Positions 20,101 to 31,102 of a stretch of 64,000 nucleotides of DNA are shown in pieces. The position numbers and the translations under genes were made by a program. Numbering within the stretch: position 1 is the stretch's first letter; each line of letters opens with the position of its first letter. Source of the DNA: Candidatus Aminicenantes bacterium (GTDB lineage: Bacteria > Acidobacteriota > Aminicenantia > Aminicenantales > Saccharicenantaceae); the NCBI GenBank assembly GCA_963807525.1, contig CAWECI010000017.1:88578-152577 (forward strand), given 5' to 3'. Under the pieces are notes generated by a model. The model searched no databases and was not told where the DNA came from. It saw only the letters and a program-made list of their open reading frames with translations.

Positions 20101-20297
20101 TCGTGGCCCTGGCCAGCTGGGCCAAAGGACCCGTCGATGTCCGTCTCGCGATCGATTGGAAGAAGCTCGGCCTGGATCCGAGGAAGGCGACCCTCACGGC
20201 CCCGGCCATCGACAAGTTCCAGGAAGGGGCGACGTTCAAGCCCGGCGACTTGATCCGCGTCGAGCCCGGCAAGGGCCTTCTTCTGATCCTCCGATAG
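17196..20297 (+). CDS. Large secreted glycoside-hydrolase-like protein (possibly DUF4091/GH123-type TIM barrel)
   Basis: Signal peptide MKKAALVLLIVGTAAAATVAGAS; 1033 aa. The C-terminal half has blocks (INVHHANPINPYINYPF, KVKIYDTVRELS, GLYLDDVAFDR, IDLHSANQYN, LNRLWFGEYFDY) reminiscent of glycosidase-like TIM barrels. The family call is from memory only. Confidence 0.6.
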   Translation: MKKAALVLLIVGTAAAATVAGASTADPIKLGVGSWDPESGLGYHRAVVRVEAPVPAAIKPAAVRAVIPWRRRDPEPEKKNLIVVDAATGGKITNVVALTMNRELGDIVFEPKTVPGDYYVYYMPYKSEGRKNYPNVKYDPPQPTADPAWLSANGLGQTPSSPVPAGAWPRAAFVELQSADDFGAFTPMELIATAEETKALLAAHPGSAYLIFPEDRTRSIRMTDDLPVRWAVAGPAGTVKGEAARGEYFAFQLGLLAARQDIADVEVRFSDLAKDAAPGAGPSAASTAIIPAKAMNCLNKGGTGWDGLPVRKTVPVVKGQVQALWCGIQVPPETAPGLYKGTVAVAPAGLPETILSVELSVGDQVLRDGGDADPFRLTRLRWLDSTLAQDDGLVPPYTPVTVDRFKVGCLGRSLAIGRDGLPARIQSFFAPEMTRLRAEPVDVIAAPIRLVVIGEDGREMAWKPSLTGPRLGRRGQGAVYWEADNCNGDFLMRVEARMEFDGFVDYKVAITARRDLAVSDIRLEVPWSGKAARFMMGLGFKGGLRPESFDWTWDQKKNQDALWIGAVNAGMQVGLRAENYSRPLNTNFYLSKPLNMPPSWWNDGRGRVSVRSAAGGAAVMTAASGGRSVRLGQVLHFDFTLLLTPFKPIDPAAHFRERYFHAFEPLDKVAASGANVINVHHANPINPYINYPFLRAAEMKAYIDDAHRRGFKVKIYDTVRELSNHAPELFALRSLGHEIFSPGPGGGYSWLQEHLGRDYIAAWFVPDLKDAAVINSGMSRWHNYYIEGLDWLARNVGIDGLYLDDVAFDRTTMKRVRKVLDRNRPGALIDLHSANQYNVRDGFASSANLYLEHFPFLNRLWFGEYFDYNGSGPDYWLVEMSGLPFGLMGEMLQDGGNPWRGMVFGMTARLPWAGDPRPLWKVWDEFGISASEMIGWWVETSPVKTGTQDVLATVYTRKTDGQGGRPSALVALASWAKGPVDVRLAIDWKKLGLDPRKATLTAPAIDKFQEGATFKPGDLIRVEPGKGLLLILR

Positions 20298-20302
20298 ATC
20301 AA

Positions 20303-20369
20303 GAAGGCACCGGGTCTACGCATGACGCGGATCAGGCAAGAACGCGTACTGCGTAGACCCGGTGCCTTC
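20303..20369. terminator. Bidirectional hairpin, 20-bp perfect stem
   Basis: GAAGGCACCGGGTCTACGCA (20303-20322) pairs with TGCGTAGACCCGGTGCCTTC (20350-20369) across a 27-nt loop, between convergent genes. Confidence 0.6.
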
Positions 20370-20374
20370 CGGAC

Positions 20375-21550
20375 TCAGCGGGCCAGGCGGTCGAGCTCGT
20401 CGAGCTTGAGATGGACGCTCATGATGTAGGGCGGCTCGCCGGCTGTCCAGTGCCCGTAGGTCGTCGCGACGAAAGTCCCGTCGGGCAGCGCCTCGACGCC
20501 GGGATAGGCGCAATCGGCGTCCTGGGTGTTGCGCATGAGCCTGACGCGATACTGGCCCTCCCTCCCCCGGAGGATGTCATCAAAGGCGCCGACCCAGGCC
20601 ACCCAATCGCCGTGGGTGGGGCTTTCGAGGGTCGTGTCGCGGAAGGAGATCAGGAGCCGCCCGTCGGGGGCGTATTTCCCGGTGTGGCGATCCCCGGTGA
20701 GGGCGCCCGGAAGCTCGCGCGGCGCGGTCCAAGTCCGGCCCTCGTCCTTCGAGAACATGACGAAGGAATTGCGCGTCCGGCTGTTCTCCCGGAGAAGCGC
20801 GGCCAGGGTTTGGCCGTCGGGCGAGCGGATGATCCCCGGCTCGCAAAGATGGACCTCAGACGCCGCGTAGAGGGATCTCGGGAAGGACCAGGTCAGACCG
20901 CCGTCCTCGGAGAACGTGGCGTAGAGCGTGAAGACGGCCGGCTTGCGCGGCTCTGGGTCCTTGGTGAAGTACCGCCCGTCGTCGTGGAACATGGCCATGT
21001 ACCGGCCGCGGCCGAAGGGCTTGAGCTCGACCAGGGCCGACATGACGACGATGCCGCCCCAATCGCCGGCCGGTGAGAGCGGTGTCCAGGTCGCGCCGTC
21101 GTCCGCGGAGACCGACAAGCGGGCCGGGTAGAGCCCGGACCAGACGATCAGCCGCTTCGTTCCGTCCGGCCCAACGATACGGTGGATGGTCGGCGTCTCG
21201 AGCGACGTGGCCCAGTTCTCGGGCACCGGTTGGCGGTCGCTCCAGGTCAGGCCGCCGTCGAGGCTCCTCTTCAGGACGATGGGCCCCCGGCCGTGTCCCT
21301 TCGGGTAGACGGCGATGATCGTCCGGCCGTCCTCGAGGAGAGCGGTCGTCGGATGACCGAGGTACTGGCCGGGCTCGCGGTCGACCACGACCTGACGCTC
21401 GGCCTGGCCGGCCAGATCGATGAGCGGGATGGCGTAGCCGCGGGAAACCGGGCCCGGCCCGGGTGCCGGCTTGGCGCAGGACCCGAAGGCCCCGGCGAGG
21501 CCCAGCCAAAGAACGGGCAAGGCCAGCTTCATCATCGTCAGTTCGCGCAT
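20375..21550 (-). CDS. BNR/Asp-box sialidase-like (exo-alpha-sialidase family) lipoprotein
   Basis: Lipobox LAGAFGSC and four Asp-boxes (SLDGGLTW, SADDGATW, SEDGGLTW, SKDEGRTW). Confidence 0.85.
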   Translation of the reverse strand: MRELTMMKLALPVLWLGLAGAFGSCAKPAPGPGPVSRGYAIPLIDLAGQAERQVVVDREPGQYLGHPTTALLEDGRTIIAVYPKGHGRGPIVLKRSLDGGLTWSDRQPVPENWATSLETPTIHRIVGPDGTKRLIVWSGLYPARLSVSADDGATWTPLSPAGDWGGIVVMSALVELKPFGRGRYMAMFHDDGRYFTKDPEPRKPAVFTLYATFSEDGGLTWSFPRSLYAASEVHLCEPGIIRSPDGQTLAALLRENSRTRNSFVMFSKDEGRTWTAPRELPGALTGDRHTGKYAPDGRLLISFRDTTLESPTHGDWVAWVGAFDDILRGREGQYRVRLMRNTQDADCAYPGVEALPDGTFVATTYGHWTAGEPPYIMSVHLKLDELDRLAR

Positions 21551-21583
21551 GTTCCCTCGCCATGACCGCGCCGGCGCGCGATC

Positions 21584-22276
21584 TCAGTAGAGCTTGAGCA
21601 TCCAGCGATAGAGGGGCGCCATCTTCTCAAAGCGCTCGAAGCAAAAGTCCACCAGGGCCGCGGAAAAGAACTCCTTGGGGACCGGCATTTCGAGGCCGGC
21701 CCAAAGCCCTTTGTGTTTGAGCAGCTCCGCGTTGGGGTGCCCGGGGTCATAGCCGGCGGGGACCCGCTTATAGGTCTCGCCGCCGATCTCGAAACCCGCG
21801 CGGGCCCGGAGGCCGTCCACGATCTTCCGGAGCTCCGCCCCCCGCTTGGGGTCGGCGACGACCCGGCGGTAGCGGCCGAGGATGCTGTCGGGGATCTGGT
21901 ACAGGCCGGCCCCGAACAGGATGCGAGGAGGCTCGAGCTGGAAGTAGAAGCCGGGCGCGTCCATTTTCGACCGGGTCCCGTCCCAGAAATAGATCCCCAG
22001 GTTGGTCTTGTACGGGGTGGGGTCCAGGCTGAACCGGGTGTCCCGGTAGATGCGGAAGATGGACTTGTTGACCGCGGGGACGGCCAGCAGGCCGGGCGCG
22101 ATCGTCTTGAGCCTGGCCCCGAGCGCGGTGACAAAGAGCTTGGCCGGGGCGATGACCTCCCGGTCAAAGGTCTCCTTGTTCCGGGCGAACCAGTCCCGGT
22201 TGTTGTTCCTCTTCAGGGCGGTGTAGAAACGGATGGTCTCTCTGGTAAAGCCGCGGAACACGGGGGCCTCGGTCAT
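21584..22276 (-). CDS. DUF2461 (TIGR02453) family protein
   Basis: Pattern FTRETIRFYTALKRNNNRDWFARNKETFDREV...IFRIYRDTRFS...PYKTNLG is typical of this family. GAGGAGG SD before the ATG. Confidence 0.8.
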   Translation of the reverse strand: MTEAPVFRGFTRETIRFYTALKRNNNRDWFARNKETFDREVIAPAKLFVTALGARLKTIAPGLLAVPAVNKSIFRIYRDTRFSLDPTPYKTNLGIYFWDGTRSKMDAPGFYFQLEPPRILFGAGLYQIPDSILGRYRRVVADPKRGAELRKIVDGLRARAGFEIGGETYKRVPAGYDPGHPNAELLKHKGLWAGLEMPVPKEFFSAALVDFCFERFEKMAPLYRWMLKLY

Positions 22277-22424
22277 GTCGCCTCCTCGGGCGGGTCGCCG
22301 CCCGGGCTATTCTATCAAATTGCCAGGGCCGAAGTCGCTATGATATAGAGGGATGCGGGAGCGTTCATCCGGGCGAGCGGCAGCGCCCCGGGGCTCTCAC
22401 GAAGCCGGCTGAAAAGGAGTCGTC

Positions 22425-22769
22425 ATGAGCGAGCACGCGTGGGTCGACGAGTTCCCGGTCGCGGTCACCGTCAGCGACGCGGAAGGCCGCATCCTCGAGA
22501 TGAACGGGAAGTCCGAGGAGGTCTTCGCGTCCGACGGCGGCGCGGCCCTGGTCGGCCGGAACGTTCTCGACTGCCATCCCGAGCCCAGCCGGACCAAGCT
22601 CGCCGGCATGATGAAAGACCGCCGGGCCAACGTCTACACCATCCAGAAGAACGGCCGGAAGAAGCTGATCTATCAGGCGCCCTGGTTCAAGGACGGGGCC
22701 TACGCGGGCTTCGTCGAGCTCGCGCTCGAGGTCCCTTGGGACATTCCCCATTTCAACCGGGATAAATAG
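22425..22769 (+). CDS. Stand-alone PAS-domain protein
   Basis: 114 aa (FPVAVTVSDAEGRILEMNGKSEEVFA...GRNVLDCHPE) with an AGGAG SD. Confidence 0.65.
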   Translation: MSEHAWVDEFPVAVTVSDAEGRILEMNGKSEEVFASDGGAALVGRNVLDCHPEPSRTKLAGMMKDRRANVYTIQKNGRKKLIYQAPWFKDGAYAGFVELALEVPWDIPHFNRDK

Positions 22770-22782
22770 GACGGCACCGATC

Positions 22783-24642
22783 CTATTTTAACAGCGCCAT
22801 CGTCAGGAACGGCACGTAGGTGATGAGCAGGACGGCCACCAACCCGATCCCCAGGAAGATGAGGACATCCCGGTAGACGCGGTGGATCGGCTCCTCGAAC
22901 CGGTACGACGCCAGGTACAGGTTCAGGCCGACGGGCGGCGTCAGATAACCCAGCTCGAGGTTGGCCAGGAAGATGATCCCCAGGTGGACGGGGTTGATGT
23001 GGAAGTGCGCCCCGAGCGGGATGATCAGGGGCACGACGACCAGGATGGCCGAGTAGATGTCCATGAAACAGCCGACGACGAGCAGGGCCAGGTTGAGGAG
23101 CAGCAAAAAGACGTAGGGCGACGAGATCTTGGCCGAGATCCAGGCGCTGAGCTTGAGCGGGATCTGGGCGTCGATGATGTAGTAAGACAGCCCGTTGGCC
23201 AGGGCCAGGATGATGAGCACGCCGCCGATGATCGGCACGGCCCGCAGGAAGATCCCCGGCAGGTCCCGGATCCGCAGGTCCCTCTTGATGAAGGTCTCGA
23301 CGATCCAGACATAGAGGAGGGAGGCCGCCGCGCTTTCCTGGAGGCTCAGGATGCCGCCGAAATAGAGGCCGAAGACGAGGAGCGGCAGCAGGAGCTCCCA
23401 GAAGGACCGGCCCAGGGCCGCCACGGCCGCGCCGATCCTCAGCGGATGCCGCGGCATGCGCCGCCTCAAGGAATAAACGATGCCGACCGTGACCACCGAG
23501 ACGACGAGGAACAGGCCCGGCAAAGCGCCCCCGATGAACATGTCCTTGATGCTCGTCTGCGAAATGACGCCGTAGATGATCACCGGCAGGCTCGGTGGGA
23601 ACAGCAGGCCGATGCTGCCCGAGGCGGTCAGAAGGCCGACATTGAACCGCTTGGGATAGCCGGCCTTCTCGAGGATGATCGCCAGGAGCCCGCCCAAAGC
23701 CAGGATGGTCACGCCCGACGCGCCCGTGAACGTGGTGAAAAAGGCGCAGACGAGGACGGCCATGAGGATCAGGCCGCCGGGGAACCAGCCGAACATGGCC
23801 TGAAAGAACGCGACCAGGCGCTGGCCGGCCTTGCTCTCGGACAGGAAAAAACCCACGGCCGCGAAGAGCGGGATGGCCGGGACGGCGTCTCCGGTCAGGA
23901 CCGTATAGGCCTGGTTGGGGATGATCTCGAGCGGCTGGCCGGTCTTGGCGAAAAGCAGGAACCCGATCCCGCCGAGCACGGCGAAGATCGGCAACCCCAG
24001 GAACGCCGCGGCGATGAGCACGAATATCATCGGTCCGGCCGCCCGGGCGACGAGCGGGGCCAGGAAGGCGCCGGCCTTGGACAGGGCCGGGACCGCGACG
24101 GTCCCTCCCGCCGACGCCAGATCGACGAGCGGCGCGAAGCCGAAGAAGAGCCCTATCAGGACCGCTGCGACGGCCGCCCAGGCCCGGCCCTTCCGCGGGC
24201 CGAGCGTGGTGACGAAGCGCAGGCTCATGGCGAGAAAGCCCGCGGCCATGACCAGAACGACGAGCCGCTTCGGCAGGACCCCGACCCGGCTGTCGGCGGT
24301 GAAGGCGTTCCAGGCGAAGGACACGGCGCTCAGGCCGAAGGCCAGCGTCAGGCCCGAAGCCAGCGCGGCCGTGATGGCCTCGGCCGGACCCTTCAGCTTG
24401 TCAGGCAGGAACATCCCGGTGGCCAGGGACAGGTGCTTTTTCTCCCGCGAGGTCACCGAGGCGGCGATGAACGTGGCCGCCAGCACCAGGTGTTCGATAT
24501 AGACGCCGGTATCCTTGATGCCGGTATGGAAAAGCCTCTGGGCGACGACATTGGCCAGCAGCAGCGTCGCCAGGGCGAAAAGGGCCAGAAAGGCCAGGCT
24601 GTCCTCGGCGACGTGAGCGGCGCGGACGAGCCTATTGGCCAT
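22783..24642 (-). CDS. TRAP transporter fused small/large permease (DctQ-DctM fusion)
   Basis: 619 aa, highly hydrophobic. An N-terminal DctQ-like four-helix part is followed by a DctM-like part. The start overlaps the stop of the upstream binding-protein gene. Confidence 0.9.
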   Translation of the reverse strand: MANRLVRAAHVAEDSLAFLALFALATLLLANVVAQRLFHTGIKDTGVYIEHLVLAATFIAASVTSREKKHLSLATGMFLPDKLKGPAEAITAALASGLTLAFGLSAVSFAWNAFTADSRVGVLPKRLVVLVMAAGFLAMSLRFVTTLGPRKGRAWAAVAAVLIGLFFGFAPLVDLASAGGTVAVPALSKAGAFLAPLVARAAGPMIFVLIAAAFLGLPIFAVLGGIGFLLFAKTGQPLEIIPNQAYTVLTGDAVPAIPLFAAVGFFLSESKAGQRLVAFFQAMFGWFPGGLILMAVLVCAFFTTFTGASGVTILALGGLLAIILEKAGYPKRFNVGLLTASGSIGLLFPPSLPVIIYGVISQTSIKDMFIGGALPGLFLVVSVVTVGIVYSLRRRMPRHPLRIGAAVAALGRSFWELLLPLLVFGLYFGGILSLQESAAASLLYVWIVETFIKRDLRIRDLPGIFLRAVPIIGGVLIILALANGLSYYIIDAQIPLKLSAWISAKISSPYVFLLLLNLALLVVGCFMDIYSAILVVVPLIIPLGAHFHINPVHLGIIFLANLELGYLTPPVGLNLYLASYRFEEPIHRVYRDVLIFLGIGLVAVLLITYVPFLTMALLK

Positions 24643-25663
24643 GCGTCTTTCGATAGTCCTGGATATCGGCGACCACTTGGTCGTAGACCTCCTTCGAAAA
24701 GAGGGCCCCGATGAGCGCGCTGACGGCCTTCTGGGCCGTCTCGCGCCACTTGACCATGGCCGCCGGGGTGATCTCGTGGACGAGGAGGGCGTTCTCTTTC
24801 ATCATCTTCAAGGCGTCCGCCTCGAGGTTCACGGTCTCTTCGTAAAGGCCCTTGGCCGCCTCGACCGTGGCGTCGAGAAAGGGCTGATGGAGCTCGGCCG
24901 GGAGCGAGGCCCAGGCCTTGTCGCTCAGCAGCAGGCCGCCGACGAGCGGGGCCAGCGCCGGCGACAGCATGTTCGGGACCAGGGGGAAGTACTGCCCGGA
25001 GCCGGCCAGGAGCGGCGGCAGATAGATGGCCGTGACCGCCCCGCTCTGCAGCTGGATCATCATGTCGTTGTTGGTCGGACTGACTTCGAAGCCCATCTTC
25101 TTCCAGACCTGCTCGATCTCGGGAAAATCCGAGGTCATGGCGATCTTCAGTCTCTTCAGGTCGTCGGGCTCCCGGACCGGCGTCTTGGAAAAGACGTTGA
25201 CCCAGCCCGCCAGGGTCCAGAGCATGATCTTGAAGCCGCCGGCTTCCAGGCCTTTCTCGAACATCGGCCTCATCTTCTCGAAGACCGCGTTGAACTCGTC
25301 GCGGCTGTGAAAGAGGAAGGGGGTGGACAGGACGACGATGTCGTGGTCGATCTTGGCCAGCCCCATGTTCGAGAAGACGCCGCCTTGAAGGATCCCCAAA
25401 CGCATCTTCCGGATCATGTCCTGCTCGCTGCCGGCGATGCCGCCCGGGTAGATGCGGACCTCCACGCTGCCCTTGGAGATCCGCTCCCAGTCGTTGGCCA
25501 GCTTCTCCAGGGCGTTGCCCCAGGGGGAGCGGCTGGGAGCGATGCTGGCGATCTTGAGCACGACGGCCCCGGCGGGGCGGGCCGGCGACGGCGGGGCCGC
25601 GCCCCCGAGGATCGGCAGACCGAGGACTGACACGATGAGAATAGCCGGCAGGGTCTTGTTCAT
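24632..25663 (-). CDS. TRAP transporter periplasmic solute-binding protein (DctP family)
   Basis: Signal peptide and DctP-like pattern (LKIASIAPSRSPWGNALEKLANDWERISKGSVEVRIYPGG...MRLGILQGG). Its ATG overlaps the tatT-like stop (ATGA). Confidence 0.9.
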   Translation of the reverse strand: MNKTLPAILIVSVLGLPILGGAAPPSPARPAGAVVLKIASIAPSRSPWGNALEKLANDWERISKGSVEVRIYPGGIAGSEQDMIRKMRLGILQGGVFSNMGLAKIDHDIVVLSTPFLFHSRDEFNAVFEKMRPMFEKGLEAGGFKIMLWTLAGWVNVFSKTPVREPDDLKRLKIAMTSDFPEIEQVWKKMGFEVSPTNNDMMIQLQSGAVTAIYLPPLLAGSGQYFPLVPNMLSPALAPLVGGLLLSDKAWASLPAELHQPFLDATVEAAKGLYEETVNLEADALKMMKENALLVHEITPAAMVKWRETAQKAVSALIGALFSKEVYDQVVADIQDYRKTHGQ

Positions 25664-26635
25664 GGGCGTTCCGTTTCGATGAAGAAATCGTCGATGTGGG
25701 CCAGAAGCCAGCGGGCCCGGCGCTGATTGATGGTATTGACCAGCCGGTTGTCCGGCGCGCTGCTCACGTCGAAGGCCAGGACGCGCCCGAGCAGGTCCTT
25801 GAACTCGGCCGCGTTCTGCTCCTTGACCGAGACCGTGGTGGCCAGGGAGATCAGGGCCGAGGTGTCCGTTTTTCCGGCCACGGCCTGGGCCTTGGCGAAA
25901 TGATCCCGGGCCTTGGCCGGGTCCCCGCCGAGATCGGCGGGCAGCGATCCGTAGTAGCCCACATAGAACGAATCGAGCGAGCCATGTCCGTAATCCGGGG
26001 CCAGGGCCCGGACCCGCTCGATCATGGCCCGCGTCTGCGGCACCGTCTGGCCGAGGGTCATGTCAAAGGGGTCGACGGCGTAGGCGGCCAGCCAGCCGAG
26101 GGCGGTCCAATAGAGCAGGTCGGCGTCGGCCAGGCCGAAAGGGCGACATGGCTTGATCATATCGCCGGTCGTGAAGCTGCTGGAGAAGCCTCGGGTTGCG
26201 GCGTTCGAGCCCGATGAGAAGGATGTCCCGGCCTCGCAGATAGAGGTTCTTGGCCCGGGCCAGGAGCGCGTCGCGCTTCTCGAGCTCCGTTCGCGCGATC
26301 ATGTCGGCCGGGGTCTCGACGAAAGCGTTGGCGTACATGACGTAAAGGCTGCCGGTCCGGAGCCGCAGTCCCGGGTCGGCGGGCATGGAGCCGAGGAGGG
26401 ACTCGTAGAGCTTGATCGCGAAGGGCAGGGCCTGGCCGACGAAATCGGGATCGTTATCGGAACGGAAGACGTCCGAGGTCGAGGAGGAAGTCAGCATCTT
26501 GGAGACCTTCTTCAAGGCCAGCTTCTCGATGGAGCAGCCCGACGGAAGAAGGGTCAAGAGCAGGGACAGGATGGCGGCCGCGGACGGCCGGAGGCGGTAA
26601 GCCTGGCCGGCTTCACGGCGCGGCGTGCTACACAT
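25660..26635 (-). pseudogene. tatT: TatT-like TPR lipoprotein of a TPR-protein-associated TRAP transporter, reading frame broken once
   Basis: ORF 26063..26635 has a lipobox (LLPSGC), then ALPFAIKLYESLL... ORF 25660..26160 (ADADLLYWTALGWLAAYAVDPFD...) is the C-terminal half in the next frame. Together they give about 325 aa. One surplus base, best guess near 26191 (AAC CCG [A] GGC TTC), joins them. Confidence 0.7.
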
Positions 26636-26739
26636 GCCCCCTCACCTCCCCCGTCCGGATGTCTCAAGGATAGCGCCGCGACCGCCTTTAGTCAACTCGG
26701 GCCGACGGGGGTCTGCGGCCGCGGCCGCGGAGCCTGGGC

Positions 26740-28149
26740 CTAGCCGGCCCGGCGGGTCGTCCACTTGAACAGAAGGTAGACGGGGATGCCGGCCAGGGCG
26801 GTGGCGATGGCGAAGAGGGAGGCGCCCGGCTTCTGCAGGAACGCGAGGACGAGGATGGATAGACCGAAAAGGATATAGACCGCCGAGGCGACGGGATAGC
26901 CGGGAAGACGGACCGCGCTCTGGCCCGAACGCCTCAGCTTGAACACTCCGAATACGGCCAGGAGCGGGAAGATGCCGAGGGCAAAGCCCATGTAGGTCAG
27001 GAGCCACTCGAAGGTGCCGAGAAAGACCAGGAGGATTGCGATCCCGCCCTGGAGGATGATCGAACGCGTCGGGACGGCGCACTTCGGGTCGACGTAGGCG
27101 ATGGACTTGAAGAAGATGCCGTCCCGGGCCATCGAATAATAGACCCGAGGCCCCAGGATCAGGAAAGCGCTCAGGGACGAGAACAGGGCGAAGGAGATCA
27201 GGACGGACAAAACGGTTTCGGCCGACCGGCCGAAGAGGTTGCCCACGGCCAGGCCGCCGACGGAGATGACGCCCTCCATCTGGGCGGGCGCGATGGCATA
27301 AACATAGAAAGCGTTGAGAGCGGCGTAGAGGAACATGACGATGCCGGTCCCGAGGAGGAGGGAGCGCGGCAGATTGCGCGACGGGTCGCGGACCTCGGAG
27401 CCGATGTAGGCGGAGGCGTTCCAGCCGCTGTAGGCGAACATGATCCACATGAGCGAAAGGCCCATGGTCTTGATGCCGGCGAAATCGAACCGGAATGGCG
27501 CCGCGGCCGCGAAGTGGGCCAGGCTCCCTTTGCCCACGGCGAACCCCGCGGCGACAAGGCCGACGATGAGGAGGATCTTCAGTCCGGTCAGCGCGTTCTG
27601 GACCCGGGACCCCGTCTTGAGGCCGCGGGTGTGGAGGAACGTGAAGGCGGCGATGATGAGGACCGCGTAGAGCTTCTTCATCACGGCCGCTTCGATCGGG
27701 CCGGAGAAGAAGCCGGGATGGAGCAGGCCCGGAAAAGCGCGGGTCATGTATTCGGAGAAGCCGATGGCCGAAGCGGCGATCGGGGCCGAAAAGCCGACGA
27801 AGAACGAGACCCAGCCAGACAGGAAGCCGGCGATCGGATGATAGAGGCGCGACAGGAAGACGTATTCGCCGCCGGCGTGGGGGATGGCCGCGCCGAGCTC
27901 GCCGTAGCTCAGGGCGCCGCAAAGGGCGATCAGCCCGCCGAAGAGCCAAAGCCCGAGCATGACCGCGGGATTGTGGAGATCCTTCATCAGCAGGCCCGAG
28001 GTCGTGAAGATGCCGGCTCCGATCATATTGGCGATGACGATGTTGGTCAGGGGGAAAAGGCCGAGCTTGCGCTCGAGGCCGTTCGCGGAGGGCGCCGCGG
28101 CGGAGCTCGCGGCCGGTGCGGGGCGGGCGGGGGTCTGGGTATTGTCCAA
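26740..28149 (-). CDS. APC-superfamily amino acid permease
   Basis: 469 aa with about 12 TM segments. N-terminal APC signature LTNIVIANMIGAGIFTTSG...GALSYGELGAAIPHAGGEYVF. TTG start 7 nt after GGGAGG. Confidence 0.9.
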   Translation of the reverse strand: MDNTQTPARPAPAASSAAAPSANGLERKLGLFPLTNIVIANMIGAGIFTTSGLLMKDLHNPAVMLGLWLFGGLIALCGALSYGELGAAIPHAGGEYVFLSRLYHPIAGFLSGWVSFFVGFSAPIAASAIGFSEYMTRAFPGLLHPGFFSGPIEAAVMKKLYAVLIIAAFTFLHTRGLKTGSRVQNALTGLKILLIVGLVAAGFAVGKGSLAHFAAAAPFRFDFAGIKTMGLSLMWIMFAYSGWNASAYIGSEVRDPSRNLPRSLLLGTGIVMFLYAALNAFYVYAIAPAQMEGVISVGGLAVGNLFGRSAETVLSVLISFALFSSLSAFLILGPRVYYSMARDGIFFKSIAYVDPKCAVPTRSIILQGGIAILLVFLGTFEWLLTYMGFALGIFPLLAVFGVFKLRRSGQSAVRLPGYPVASAVYILFGLSILVLAFLQKPGASLFAIATALAGIPVYLLFKWTTRRAG

Positions 28150-28214
28150 CGTCTGGCCTCCCTGGATACGGAGCCTCTACTCTATCCAGCCCCGCCGGCC
28201 CTGTCAAACCGGAC

Positions 28215-28338
28215 GGGGTCAACCTGAAAGGGGCTCCGGAAAGGGTCAAACCTACACTTTTCAACTTTTACATAAAGTCGGCTCTCGTCAGAAAGTTGAA
28301 AAGTGTAGGTTTGACCCTCTCTTGTCTTTAGCCCCTCT

Positions 28339-28351
<13 letters not shown>
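28215..28351. repeat. Nested palindromic intergenic element, GGGGTCAA(A)CC family (copy E2)
   Basis: Outer arms are 28215-28233 and 28332-28351 (one indel). Inner arms are a perfect 26-bp pair, GGGTCAAACCTACACTTTTCAACTTT (28243-28268) and 28292-28317, with a 23-nt loop. The right outer arm supplies the last codons and the stop of the SecA-like ORF. Confidence 0.85.
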
Positions 28352-30750
<2,399 letters not shown>

Positions 30751-30805
30751 GGATGTCCTCCTCTTCAGGTCACGATCTCTCGACAGGCGTGGGAGAGGGA
30801 GGAGG

Positions 30806-30991
30806 TCAGCGAGGCGGACCGCGGAGGAGGGTCGGCCCGAAGGGCCGGGCCAGGACGTCCGGTTCGAGGCCGGGCTCGCCGCGCGGCCGCATGGCCAGGA
30901 CGGCGCTGAAGACAAAGACACTGACGACGAACGGCAGGGGAAGGAAGAGCAGGGCCAGGATCGCGAAGGGGATGGCGAACCGTGGCATCAT
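30806..30991 (-). CDS. Possible small membrane protein (61 aa) upstream of the SecA-like gene
   Basis: ATG ORF with a hydrophobic N-terminus (FAIPFAILALLFLPLPFVVSVFVFSAVLA) and a weak SD. It could be spurious in this G+C-rich DNA. Confidence 0.3.
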   Translation of the reverse strand: MMPRFAIPFAILALLFLPLPFVVSVFVFSAVLAMRPRGEPGLEPDVLARPFGPTLLRGPPR

Positions 30992-31102
30992 CGTTTCCTG
31001 CCCTCGAGGCCATTCTAGGCCGGATCACGGCCGCCCGTCAACCGGAGCAAGCGGGCTTGACATCGGGGGGCCGTCAAATCATGCTTACAGCGGAGTCTCG
31101 GA

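Noticed and set aside
31057-31062. A perfect TTGACA hexamer upstream of the VWFA-type gene.
   Set aside because: No acceptable -10 hexamer lies at 16-19 nt spacing (CATGCT, ATGCTT), so I make no promoter call.
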